Assembly: GCA_964035575.1 (NCBI GenBank)
Contig: OZ037838.1
Coordinates: 1,488,001-1,552,000 of the forward strand
DNA: 64,000 bases
Source: Rhynchopus sp. YZ270_cl-10
Lineage: Eukaryota
Direction of reading: 5' to 3'
Of the stretch, positions 34,086-45,635 are shown piece after piece. Positions within the stretch are counted from its first letter, which is position 1. Each line of letters begins with the position of its first letter. The position numbers were made by a program, and so were the translations under genes. The notes under the pieces were generated by a model, which was not told where the DNA came from, searched no databases, and saw only the letters and a program-made list of their open reading frames with translations.

Positions 34086-35125
34086 GTTGAATGTGGTGTC
34101 CCGCGACCAGCCCACAATCGCCCCCCTAGAGCCCACCTGGGCCCACCTGTGCCCACCTGAACCCAATTTCACCCGATTTCACCCGATTTCGCCCGGATTT
34201 CAAAAATTCCTTTTTTTGGGTTGGCGGTGGGGAGCTTGGGCGGGGTTTGACCAAAACCAAGAACTTGGCCATTTCGGCAAAGTGACCCCACCACAGCGCG
34301 GACGGATTCCGGAAACGCCAATCGCGGCATGTTTTGGAGCCCACTTTTTTTCAGGGAAAATATTTGCTTCCAGATGTCGGAATTTTCCGGAAAATTTCCA
34401 GAATTAGGAAACAGCCTGGAGGAGCGGGTTGAACGTTATTGGCGCGTGTACCTACGATGGTTTGTGCCAATACCCACCCAAACTGTGTACTGTGTACTGT
34501 GTACTGTGTACTGTGTACTGTGTACTGTGTACTGTGTACTGTGTACTGTGTACTGTGTACTGTGTACTGTGTACTGTGTACTGTGTACTGTGTACTGTGT
34601 ACTGTGTACTGTGTACTGTGTACTGTGTACTGTGTACTGTGTACTGTGTACTGTGTACTGTGTACTGTGTACTGTGTACTGTGTACTGTGTACTGTGTAC
34701 TGTGTACTGTGTACTGTGTACTGTGTACTGTGTACTGTGTACTGTGTACTGTGTACTGTGTACTGTGTACTGTGTACTGTGTACTGTGTACTGTGTACTG
34801 TGTACTGTGTACTGTGTACTGTGTACTGTGTACTGTGTACTGTGTACTGTGTACTGTGTACTGTGTACTGTGTACTGTGTACTGTGTACTGTGTACTGTG
34901 TACTGTGTACAGTGAGTCACCTAAAGGGGTTCTGCTCAACAAAAGTGGCCGATTTTTTTTATATTTCACCCAGACCCAGCCCGGAAATCTCGAAAAGCGC
35001 GGTTTCTGGGTGTTTTACTGGGCCAAACCCTCACAGAAGCCAAAAAACCCTGTTTTTGCCCGATTTCGCCCGATTTCACCCGATTTCGCCCGGATTTCAC
35101 CGGGGTTGGGGACACCCCATTGAAC
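34086..35125. mobile_element. Putative non-autonomous TIR element carrying a heptamer satellite
   Basis: Imperfect 17-bp inverted ends (gttgaatgtggtgtccc / gggacaccccattgaac, 15/17). 10-mer RCCCGATTTC arrays near both ends (34161-34200, 35058-35098). Confidence 0.55.
34484..34910. repeat. Perfect (TGTGTAC)n tandem repeat, 61 units
   Basis: 427 bp of uninterrupted 7-mer seen directly. Confidence 0.97.
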
Positions 35126-36257
35126 CGGATTCTGACCGAACCCTGGTGTGTACAGGGGGGGTGCTATTTTTCTGCTATTTTTGGGGTCGTCGGCCACACC
35201 AAACCCGGTTTAAATACCGAGGGACTCTTTCTGTTGCCCTGGTCGTTTCTCGTTGTCTTTTATGTGTTTTCTTCATGCGTATCTCCCCGCCAGTGAACCG
35301 TTTGGGACCCCCGGCTCTGCCTTTGGCAATCGTCTCTAGCGGTGTCACGTTGTCGGGAGATGCTCTGGTTTTCGTTTACTCCCCTCCCCTTTATTGTCAC
35401 CTCATTTCTGTACCTCAGGCAAAGGGTTTTTTCCTAGGAAAAAATGCTTTGTGGGAAATGATGCAAACGTCTGAGACTTTCTGTTTTTATTCCCCATAGG
35501 GTTTTTTTTCTCGTTGGCGTGGGGAAACTTCATAAAAAACCCCCGCTGACCTATAGTACGAAGTGTACCAAGCTAAACAAAAGACGAATGGAGTTTTTAT
35601 TATTTTCAAGACGTGAAGTGCAGTCGTATTTTCACTGTTTTTGTTGATAAAAAACTTACATGCCACGGAAATGAAAGCATATTTTTTGTGTAATTTTTTG
35701 TGAGTGTGGGGATGCGTTCAAGAATTAAACTCTTCCCCCCAAACCCCCTTTTTCGTCTTTGTTTTCTTTATTCAAACGGCAAGTGGATGCGTAATAATTT
35801 TTCTGTTTCCATAAAGGAGCCAAAAGAGACCTGGAGATAGTAAGTCTAAATACTTAAAAGGTTATTAGCATTCTGCTTGTCCTTACTCTTTTGCAGCTCA
35901 AAGCGAAAATACCTTTTTTGGCAAAAAACAAAAAAACAATCAAACAAAAAAAACAAAAAAGAGCAAAAGAGAACCAAGCAGTTTTCCCTTTACCACCTAC
36001 TTCTGTTAATCCCTCCGCTGTTTTTACGGTTTTTACCCCCTCCACTCCCCTTGATAGTCTATATATAGGGCAGGGGCCGAAGCTACTTTTCTTTTGTACG
36101 AGTATGCAATACGTCTGGAAATGAAAGACGCGCTCGTCGGTTGCCATGAGTCTTCCTGTGTTCCCCTTCCCCACCGAAACCATCACAAACACACAAAACA
36201 AAACAACCCACACCTCATCTCCTCCTGACAGAGGTGGAACAAGAAGAAGACAAAACA

Positions 36258-37367
36258 ATGATGGATGTGACCTTTGTGCTGGAAGAGTCAGGCGTGACTG
36301 CGACAGTGGAGGTGCCGTGCGAGGCGGACGTTGCAGCGGCAAAGGAGGTTGCGTGCACGGCGCTTTCTGTCTCGCCTGCGTCTGTCGAGATGCGCATCGG
36401 CACGCAGGTGCTGGAGGGGACGTGCCGTCTGCAGGACACTGCGTTTGATGCAGGGGTGCAGGTTGTGCTTGCCCGCCGCACTGCCGACATCAAGTGTCCT
36501 GCTGAGTACAGTGTAGAGGCACCACCTGACGGGCAGGAGATGAATATCAATCACTTATCGCTGTCTCCTTGTGGAGCACTCTGCCTCTTTACACATAATG
36601 CACGCTACGTCACCGGCCTCGATACAGAAACCTTCAGCCCTGCCTTCAAGTTCAAAGTAGGCGTTAAGGTGTGCGGTCCGCCTGCCATCTCACGGTGCAA
36701 GACACGCTGCTACCTGGTGTGCAAGGAAGAAGGTCTGCACGAGGTTGCGCTTCCGGGTGGGGAGGTGCTCCGCAAAGTCGACGTCTTCTCCTCCGCAGTG
36801 TTCGCGTGTGGCGGTGTTGTTGTCTCCCAAGGCACAGACGGCGTCTCTGTGTATGACGAAGACCTGACGTTGCTCCGCACTCTCTCGCACGAAGAGTGCT
36901 GGCGCATGGCAGTGTCTGACTGTGGTGGGTGGGCGATCACTTCCTCCTCCAGTGAGAAGAAGGCACGTCTGTGGGATGTGAACACAGGTGAAGCTGTGGC
37001 ATGTGTGCCTGCTAGTAGGATGGTGGCGCTTTCACGATCTGCCTCGCTCTTTGCTGTGGTGTGGTTTGACGAAGTGCACCTCTTTGATTGGAGTGGTGTG
37101 GCTCTTGGCAACCTTAAAAGGGCGTATCATATATTTGCTGACCTGCAGTTCACTCCGTGTGGGAAGTATCTCGTAGTTCGGGTGATGGATATGGGTGCCA
37201 ATAAATATTTACTGTACCAGTATGATGTGACGACCATGTCCCGTGTGCGTGTGATACCGGACTCCGACGGCTGCCGTGAGTTTACGGTATCGCCATGTTC
37301 ACGTGTGGTACTATTTGCGAACTCGGGACGAGGTACTATTGAGACAAGACATCTGCACCCCTACTGA
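36258..37367 (+). CDS. Ubl-WD40-like protein (copy 3, 369 aa)
   Basis: Intact ORF with family Ubl and seven blades. Confidence 0.9.
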   Translation: MMDVTFVLEESGVTATVEVPCEADVAAAKEVACTALSVSPASVEMRIGTQVLEGTCRLQDTAFDAGVQVVLARRTADIKCPAEYSVEAPPDGQEMNINHLSLSPCGALCLFTHNARYVTGLDTETFSPAFKFKVGVKVCGPPAISRCKTRCYLVCKEEGLHEVALPGGEVLRKVDVFSSAVFACGGVVVSQGTDGVSVYDEDLTLLRTLSHEECWRMAVSDCGGWAITSSSSEKKARLWDVNTGEAVACVPASRMVALSRSASLFAVVWFDEVHLFDWSGVALGNLKRAYHIFADLQFTPCGKYLVVRVMDMGANKYLLYQYDVTTMSRVRVIPDSDGCREFTVSPCSRVVLFANSGRGTIETRHLHPY

Positions 37368-37741
37368 GTGATGTTTTGCGAGAGGTTGTGTATTTGCATC
37401 TTCTCGCAGGCAGTCCACGAATCAATAATATTATAGAAGGGGGGGTATTTCATTTTTATAAGACATGCGTGCATTTCTAGTGAAATTTTTGAGTATCCAC
37501 GAGTCGTTTTTTCCCTCCCGTGCTCCCCATCTCTCACACATACATTACATCTTTATCAGGAAAATTGTCAATTTTTCGCTCATTATTGTGAACAGCGTTT
37601 GGTGTTTTTCAAAAAAAAAAAAAACGCGGGTGCGGATGGGAAGAGAGCAAGGTGTCGCTCTTGCTTTGTTCTTTTGTAAAACCTTCATGTCTACATAATA
37701 CACCCAACCCCACACTACCCAATTCAGAAACGACGGTGGGT

Positions 37742-38050
37742 TGTGGTACTATTTACGAACGCGGGATGGGCCACTTTGTGACGAGACATCTGCACCCCTA
37801 CTGAGTGACGTTTTGCGAGAGGTTGTGTATTTGCATCTTCTCGCAGACAGTCCACGAATCAATAAATAGTGGAGCACACTCTAGGGTGGCTACACTAATA
37901 CAACCAAGTTTTCAATAAAGAAGGGGGGTATTTCATTTTTAAAAGTTACACGGGTAGGGATGGGAAGAGAGCAAGGTGTCGCTCTTGCTTCTTTCTTTTG
38001 TAAAACCTTCATGTCTACATAATACACCCAACCCAACTTCCCAATTCCAG
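37742..38050 (+). pseudogene. Tandemly duplicated 3' end of a Ubl-WD40 gene with its 3' flank
   Basis: gtggtactatttacgaacgcggga...acgagacatctgcacccctactga plus the post-stop hairpin and a repeat of parts of the 37436-37725 flank. Confidence 0.8.
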
Positions 38051-38074
38051 AAACCACGCAGGGGCGGGTGACTA

Positions 38075-39695
38075 ATGAATTTTTCGGACACATCTGATGG
38101 CTACAACTCATCAGGATCTACGATGCTTGATGTCATGGACACCGAAGAACTGCTGCTGACACTGCAGCAGACGTCTGTCAGGTGGCGCATGAAGAGACCC
38201 CCAACGTGTGTACATTTTATTATTTTTCAGATGTAAACCGCTACTAGACACAGGGTCAGTGTGCACCCGGTCATACATATATTACACTAAGGTACCCCAA
38301 GAGTGCTTTGTATTTGGAGTTATTTTTCTTATGATTCGGGGGAAGTGTGCCGTCTATTTTCTCCACACTGCATACAGGCCCATCGCCGCACGCATCTGCT
38401 CCGCCGCTGTGACTGACTCCATCCACTCGAAGCTGCTGTCCCTCGACCTCTCTGGGTACATCGGTGTCAAGGGTTTATGCTGCGCCTTCCAGACGTTGCT
38501 CCCGAACCTTCCGTTTCTGGAAAAGCTTTCTGTTGTGGGCGCAGGGATGTACTACGGCGACGCGTCTCAGCACCTGGCTGGGGATGGGGGTGTCGATGGG
38601 AACACGTGTGTAGGGGTGCTTGCAGATGAGGCGGCTGTGCACACATCGCTCCGGTGTTTGGACCTGCGGGACAACGGGATTGCGACGGTGGGTGCGAAGC
38701 GTCTGCTGCATATGATAGAAGCAAACGCACGCATCACAAGCCTCGACCTAGGCGGCAACCACATCAAAGGGCGTGAGCAGCGACTCATTGCAGACCGCCT
38801 CTGTATTAATGTCAATACCACGGACGCGCCGCAGGCACACCCCACACGACACAGACCCGACACAGACGACACACCATGCGTGCTCCCGCCAGGCCTCCCC
38901 CTGGATCTGCACACCCTCCTGGAAGGCGCTGTGTACCCAGTGACGTCGGTGTCCGCAGGTACCGTGCAGGATGCATTCCACATCGTCGTCCGTGGGTCTG
39001 TCGGTGTTGGTGTCGTGCAGCCTGCCCGCGGGGGTGCGAGCGGCACCGTAGCAACGTGCGCCACAGTGTGCGCGCCAGCACTGCTGCCGTACACTGCGCT
39101 GCTTGCGGAGGATGTGCCAGCAGGGGGGGAGACTGTGGGTGGTGCGTGGGACGGTGTCTGTGCAGACGACACCTTTCTGCGCACGTTTGTGCGCACTTGG
39201 CGTGGTGTCTCCCTTTCGGCTGTAGCAGGTGCGGATGCACAGATCCTCCGGGTGCGTGCGTCGCACACCCAAAGGGTAGCACGCGCCCTGCGCTCACGTC
39301 TCCTCAGCACGCTCCCCACAGTGGCGCGCGTGCCCTGGCTGCAGGGCCTTCCGTGGAGCAGGCTTCTCAGTCTCTGCGACTGCAGCACCGTGGCAACGTA
39401 CGCAGCAGGGGAACGCGTTGCGCGGCCTGCCCACCATGTACACGTCATCGCCTCTGGGACTGTGCAGGTGTGCGCTGGGGTTGAGGGGCAAGACAAGCAT
39501 GAAGAGCCTAGTGTGGCACGCATATACTCGGTGCTGGATGTGCTGGGGCTCGAGGCGTGTCTAACAGGGGATGAGGAGGAGGGGGAGGAGATGCACTGTG
39601 CCACGGCTGCAGCAGTCGTGCAGATTCCTGCGGCTGATCTTCTCAGTGCGGTGGACGAGTATTCAACTCGCGACGTTCTGAAGAGGGCAGTGTAG
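38075..39695 (+). CDS. LRR + two degenerate cyclic-nucleotide-binding domains; resembles euglenozoan PKA regulatory-subunit-like proteins (predicted exons 38075-38181, 38231-38254, 38378-39695)
   Basis: LRR block LDLSGYIGVKG...DGNTCV...HTSLRCLDLRDNGI...RLL; CNB-like AFHIVVRGSV and YAAGERV..HVHVIASGTVQV. Two phase-2 GT-AG introns give an in-frame model. The exon model is inferred. Confidence 0.7.
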
Positions 39696-40169
39696 TGTAG
39701 GGATGAGACACGTTTTTGCATTTACACGCGATTAGTTGGTTTTTTTTTTTCCAGACTGAGCACAATGCTCAGCTCAGCAGCCTTGCTCTTTAGTTTCTCT
39801 TTGTGATTTTGTGTTTAAGAATGTCGAGTATTTAAAAGAGGTAAAATAAGTCAATTTTTTGGTGCAGTGGGTCTTTGGGGTGATTGGCGCTTTCTCTGTG
39901 TTTGCTGTCAGTAGGGCGCGTAGCTCTATGGTTCTGCACTTCAGTGTTAATATGGGTGGGGCAGTTATTCACATGCAGTTACACCAGCCACCCCGTGTGG
40001 GAACGACCACACCACCCTTTACCTCTTTTTTTTTACTTTGTCTTAAGTTAAAAACTCTCTTCTGTTGGTAGAAACTACAGACACAACGAAACCATCACAA
40101 ACACACAAAACAAAACAACCCACACCTCACCCACTCCCAACAGAGGTGGAACAAGAAGAAGACAAAACA

Positions 40170-41324
40170 ATGGATGTGACCTTTGTGCTGGAAGAGTCAG
40201 GCGTGACTGCGACAGTGGAGGTGCCGTGCGAGGCGGACGTTGCAGCGGCAAAGGAGGTTGCGTGCACGGCGCTTGCTGTCTCGCCTGCGTCTGTCGAGAT
40301 GCGCATCGGCACGCAGGTGCTGGAGGGGACGTGCCGTCTGCAGGACACTGCCTTTGGTGCAGGGGTGCAGGTTGTGCTTGCCCGCCGCTTGGCCGACATC
40401 AAGTGTCCTGCTGAGTACAGTGTAGAGGTGCCACCTGAAGGGCAGGAGATGAATATCAATCTTTTAACGCTGTCTCCTTGTGGAGCACTCTGCCTCTTTA
40501 CACATAATGCACGCTACGTCACCGGCCTCGATACAGAAACCTTCAGCCCTGCCTTCAAGTTCAAAGTAGGCGTTAACGTGCATGGTCTGCCTGCCATCTC
40601 ACGGTGCAAGACACGCTGCTACCTGCCGTGCAAGGATGAAAGGGAAGCAGGTATACACGAGGTTGCGCTTCCGGGTGGGGAGGTGCTCCGCAAAGTCGAC
40701 GTCCTCTCCTCCGCAGTGTACGCGTGTGGTGGTGTTGTTGTCTCCTATGGTGAACAAGGAAGCGTCTCTGTGTATGACGAAGACCTGACGTTGCTCCGCA
40801 CTCTCTCGCACGCAGGGTGCAGGAAGGTGGCAGTGTCGGACTGTGGTGGGTGGGTGATCACCTGCTCCTGGGAGGAGAGAAACGCACGTCTGTGGGATGT
40901 GAACACAGGAGAAGCTGTTGCATGTGTTCCTGCTAATTGGAATAGTATCGTGGCGCTTTCACGATGTGCCTCTGTCTTTGCTGTGGCGAGTTCTGACGAA
41001 ATGCAGCTCTATGACTGGAGTGGTGCGGCTCTTGGCAACCTTAAAACGCCGTATCATATATTTGCTGACCTGCAGTTCACTCCCTCCGGGAAGTATCTCG
41101 TAGTACGGGTGTGTCGGTTGCTGGGTGTGGGTGCTAAATATATACTGCACCAGTATGATGTGGCGACCATGTCCTGTGTGCGTGAGATACCGGACTCGGA
41201 CGGCTACGATGCGTTTACGATATCGCCGTGTTCACGTGTGGTAGTGTTTGCGAACTCAGGACGAGGTACTTTTGAGACCTCGGGACGAAACACTATCGAG
41301 ACGAGACATCTGCACCCCTACTGA
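40170..41324 (+). CDS. Ubl-WD40-like protein (copy 4, 384 aa)
   Basis: Intact ORF; 8-aa duplication in the last variable loop. Confidence 0.9.
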   Translation: MDVTFVLEESGVTATVEVPCEADVAAAKEVACTALAVSPASVEMRIGTQVLEGTCRLQDTAFGAGVQVVLARRLADIKCPAEYSVEVPPEGQEMNINLLTLSPCGALCLFTHNARYVTGLDTETFSPAFKFKVGVNVHGLPAISRCKTRCYLPCKDEREAGIHEVALPGGEVLRKVDVLSSAVYACGGVVVSYGEQGSVSVYDEDLTLLRTLSHAGCRKVAVSDCGGWVITCSWEERNARLWDVNTGEAVACVPANWNSIVALSRCASVFAVASSDEMQLYDWSGAALGNLKTPYHIFADLQFTPSGKYLVVRVCRLLGVGAKYILHQYDVATMSCVREIPDSDGYDAFTISPCSRVVVFANSGRGTFETSGRNTIETRHLHPY

Positions 41325-41741
41325 GTGATGGTTTGCGAGAGGTTGTGTATTTGCAGCTTCTCGCAGGCAGTCCACGAATCCATAAAGAAGGGGGGGGGGA
41401 CCTGGGGGGGGGGTATTTCATTTTAAAAAGTTACACGGGTAGGGATGGGAAGAGAACAAGGTGTCGCTCTTTGGTGTGGCCAAATCCAAAAATAAAGTGT
41501 AATTTTTGTACTTCTAAGAATCTTTTGTATTATTTTTTGTATACCCAAAAAAAAGTCCTCGGAGTGTGCAAGAAAGCGGCGCACCTGACACCACTCCCAA
41601 CCACGTCATACGGTGCACTGATGGAAGATCACGCAGCCGACCTTCTGCCTACCTCGTAGAGGCAGGATTTATTGACGCAAAGACAGACGACCTTCTCCGA
41701 CCATCGCAGTAAGAGGGATGAGAGGGGAGGGGCATTTTTTT

Positions 41742-42046
41742 GAACAAGATAAAGCAAAAAGCTTGCGTTTCTTTTCTCGAACAGAAACATAAACACCACT
41801 TTGAATCAGAAAAAATATTTTTCCTCTTTTTTCTTCCACACGCGCTGGTTTTTGTGATTCGTTCATTTTTTATCAAAAAGCTTTCCCCTAGTTTCGAGTG
41901 CGAAACGTTTCTCCATGTATTGCACGGGAAACAACATGACAAACAGGTGCAGGGTGGTTCCGTGCTTATCATAGAACCTGGCACCTTGTGTGTCTCCCAA
42001 AAACCAAAAAGCATTGTGTGAAGTTTTGAAGGAAGGAAAAATAAAA
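41742..42046. mobile_element. Dispersed element, copy B
   Basis: gaacaagataaa...gtttcgagtgcgaaacgtttctccatgtattgcacgggaaac...gaaggaaggaaaaataaaa, as at 26401. Confidence 0.75.
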
Positions 42047-42573
42047 CTTTTTATACATTTTCTTTACTACTCAGGGCCTTAGGGTACTTTTCGCGTCAAG
42101 AAACAGATACCTGCCTGACCTGGTTGGTCTTCTGCTCTCGTCTGCACCTGCAGTCTGTTCATGTGTCTGTTTTACAAACTTCGTATTCTGTTGTGTCGTG
42201 TGTGTACCTAGTTCATCTTTCATCCCAACTGTCTTATGTATTTCGTAAGGCATTCATATTTCAAGGATCCTCTATTTTTGGTGTGTTTACACGAACCCCC
42301 GTATTTCCCATTTGTCTGAGGGATACTATTCACGACATGTAACACCAAAAGACCCCTATTTATGTTGTGCTCAACCTTGGATCTCCCCCTCCCTCTACTT
42401 TTTTTTTCCATGTGTGACCCGAGAATAAAGTGAATACAATCGTGGGCTTACCTGCATCCACCTTTTTAGAAGATGTGTTCTGTTGAGTCAGCACAGGCTT
42501 TCATCTTTGCAAAGCATTGTTTTTGCCCATAAAATGGTGTGATTGCAAATAAATAGCCATGACGTTTTCCCTT

Positions 42574-42858
42574 TCATACAATGCAACGAGGCCTGAAACG
42601 CCTGAAAATGGACATGTCTGGAAATTCTATCTGTGGTGTTTTTCCCTTTTGACATCCATTTCTGGACGTTTTGGGGGTAGAAAAAAAAGTGTTTTTTTTT
42701 TGTTTTTTATTTGCATGTCAAACAGTGTTTTTTTCTAGGATTCGGGTGTCTGATAGTGCGTATGACGCGGGTAGCGTACCAACTAAACAAAATATGAAAG
42801 GGGTTTGTATTATTTCCAGGCCTTAGCGAGGCCGGTTCGGCCTCGTTGCATTGTATGA
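42574..42858. mobile_element. MITE with perfect 20-bp terminal inverted repeats (285 bp)
   Basis: tcatacaatgcaacgaggcc ... ggcctcgttgcattgtatga; no coding capacity; second copy at 6712-6848. Confidence 0.8.
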
Positions 42859-44558
42859 TATTTTCACACTTTTGTATTTTAAACCCCTCGCATACCCTTC
42901 CGCCCTTTTGTTGGTTCGCTCATTGTTTCACTGGAAAATATGCCCCATTCCCTCTTATTAAGAGAGCGTCTTGGTTCAGCCTTAACTCTGCAGCCTGAAG
43001 AATAAAACAAATAATGGAGCATATCTTCATCATGTGTACTGCTACTGCAATAAAGATATGATTACATGCAATGCTAAAAGGGAAATTGAACACCGTACCC
43101 CAACTCCCTTCCGTTTTCTATTCTGGGGCGGGTTGGAGTAGAGCCACATTTCACCCGACAGGTCGAGGTGTGTGCGTTTCGCCACAACCTCTCCCTTTTG
43201 TCTTTATTGTTTTTATTGCTTTGGAAAAAACGCAAAAAGGAGTGCGGTTTCAATTTCTACTCAGCGGTACAATGATCTGGTGTTTTTTCCCCCTTGCACT
43301 TTCATTGAATCACTATGAAAGTGCCTTTTTACATCCCTTTGACACATGTTGGTTCGTGAGGGTTACCTGACGCAGGAGCTTTTCTTGGAACTGTTTCATT
43401 CTCCTCACCCCAACAACATCACATTCAGAGAAGCATTGTTTTTTCGTTTTTATTCGCTTTCTTTTCTTCTTCCTCACACTTTGTTACTGTGAAGAAATTT
43501 TTTTTCGTTTCTAGTCGCATTCTTTGCGTCAGGTGTTCCATGCGTAGGGTCTAGCTGGCCTTAGCGACCGGAACCAACCTCCTTTCAACCTTGTTCTTGA
43601 TTTATCTCTACTTTAGCAGCAAAAATCCTGGTTTTTCACTCCCTAGTCCCATCCTGGTCGCAAACGCGAGTTTTCCTGGAAGCGCAGGAAAAATGACTGG
43701 GGAGTGTTGGTGGCTCCGTGACGCCACAGAGCCGGCACACTCGTTGGAAAAAAGGAAAAAAAACCGTTTATATAAATCCCTGGCCCCGACGTGCAATAGA
43801 ATTAAAAAAAAGCCCGCACACCTTGGGGGGAGGTGTGCGGGCTGTAACCCCACCTCTACTTTCCCACTTTTGAAAAGAGGGCAGTTTTCTTAGCTGTTAC
43901 CTCCGGCACCCCCTTCTTAGCATGTAGCCGTGCAATGGTGTAGAACACCTTGATGCGGACTACCCCTTTGAAGGTTCTTTTCATCCTAAAAGTTGCTCTC
44001 AAGGGTTCAGGACGAACGACGTCTATACCTTCCGTAGTACAAACGCTTCGGCCAACATTGAGTACAGACCCGAATTCTCCCACCTGATAGGATTACTCGG
44101 CGATTGTCAACACAACAAAAAACATCATAGCATTGCTTTAGTGCCGCGTCCACGACGCGTTGCACTGCCAACATCACTTTTCTTTTCTTTTCAAAAAAAA
44201 ATAAAAAAAAACCCCCCTATTTTTTTACTCCGTGGTTAGTGATGCAGTCCACCCTGTGTGGGAAGTACCTCCTCGCTGTCGCTGAGTACTGCGGTTGCTA
44301 TCGTGCGTTGCATCAGTATTTGCGTTGCACCTTCGACCTCCTATCATGTGAGGGAATTTATTTTGAGACATTTTCACGATTAACGACCACACCACCCTTT
44401 ACCTCTCTTTCACTTTTGCTTTGTTAAAACCCTCTTCTGTTGGTGGAAACTACAGACACAACGAAAGTCACTAACATATAAAAGAACCCACCCCTCATCT
44501 CCTCCCAACACCTCCTAGATCTATCCCAACAGAGGTGGAAAAAGAAGAAGACAAAACA

Positions 44559-45635
44559 ATGGATGTGACCTTTGTGCTGGAAGAGTCAGGCGTGACTGCG
44601 ACAGTGGAGGTGCCGTGCGAGGCGGACGTTGCAGCGGCAAAGGAGGTTGCGTGCACGGCGCTTGCTGTCTCGCCTGCGTCTGTCGAGATGCGCATCGGCA
44701 CGCAGGTGCTGGAGGGGACGTGCCGTCTGCAGGACACTGCGTTTGATGCAGGGGTGCAGATCGTACTTGCCCGTCGCTTGGCCGACATCAAGTGTCCTGC
44801 TGAGTACACTGTACCACCGCATACGGAACACTTGTCGCTGTCTCCTTGTGGAACACTTTGCGTTTTTTACCATGATAGCTGGGTCACGTGTTTTGGTGGC
44901 TTCGACACAGAAACGTTCGAGACTGCATTTGAGTTTGAAATCGAATTATCTGGTCGAGGTCCGCCAGCCATCTGGTGCAAGTCACGCTGCTACATGGCGT
45001 GTGGGCATTATCTTGCGGAGGTTGCGCTTCCGAGTGGGGAGGTGGTCCGCAAGGTTGACGGCTCCTCGTTCCAAGTGTTTGCCGGTTGCAGTGTTGTTGT
45101 CTCGAAGGGAAAAGATGGCGTCTCTGTGTATGACGAAGACCTGACGTTGCTCCGCTCGCTCCCGCACGAAGTGTGCGGGAAGGTTGCAGTGTCTGGTGGG
45201 TGGGTGATCACCTCTTCCAAGAAGGAGAAGAACGTACGTCTGTGGGATGTGAACACAGGTGAAGCTGTGGCATGTGTGCCTGCGAATGCTGGGCATGTGG
45301 CGATCTCGCAGTCTGGCTCTGTCTTTGCTGTGGAGTGCTCTGACGAAGTGCAGCTCTATGACTGGAGTGGTGAGGCTCTTGGCAGCTTGGAAAAGGAGGA
45401 ACATCATCGTTGCGTCTGTGGTGTGCAGTTCACTCCGTGTGGGAAGTATCTCGTAGTTGTGTTGGCAGGATATCCTTCGTACAGTCTCCACCAGTATGAT
45501 GTGGCGACCATGTCCTGTGTGCGTGTGATACCGGACAGTACGCATATTTTTGTTATTTCGCCATGTTCACGTGTGGTCATGTTTGAGTCATCAGAAAGGG
45601 GCGCCCTTGTGACACAGCATCTGTACCCCTACTGA
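44559..45635 (+). CDS. Ubl-WD40-like protein (copy 5, 358 aa)
   Basis: Intact ORF with family framework. Confidence 0.9.
   Translation: MDVTFVLEESGVTATVEVPCEADVAAAKEVACTALAVSPASVEMRIGTQVLEGTCRLQDTAFDAGVQIVLARRLADIKCPAEYTVPPHTEHLSLSPCGTLCVFYHDSWVTCFGGFDTETFETAFEFEIELSGRGPPAIWCKSRCYMACGHYLAEVALPSGEVVRKVDGSSFQVFAGCSVVVSKGKDGVSVYDEDLTLLRSLPHEVCGKVAVSGGWVITSSKKEKNVRLWDVNTGEAVACVPANAGHVAISQSGSVFAVECSDEVQLYDWSGEALGSLEKEEHHRCVCGVQFTPCGKYLVVVLAGYPSYSLHQYDVATMSCVRVIPDSTHIFVISPCSRVVMFESSERGALVTQHLYPY

Noticed and set aside
34484..34910. Interstitial telomere
   Set aside because: TGTGTAC lacks the G-run of TTAGGG-type telomeric repeats, and the array is flanked by element-like arms.
34329..35499. Long ORFs with (VYCVLCT)n or (HSTQYTV)n repeats
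   Set aside because: Artefact of a stop-free 7-bp satellite that is open in every frame on both strands.
38567..39721. 384-aa minus-strand ORF (likewise 29023-30138 and 11319-12302)
   Set aside because: Antisense to + strand genes that carry recognisable domains; the translations have no motifs of their own.
43856..44100. Possible retroelement remnant
   Set aside because: Mixed-composition island, but no RT, endonuclease or integrase motif could be identified in any frame.
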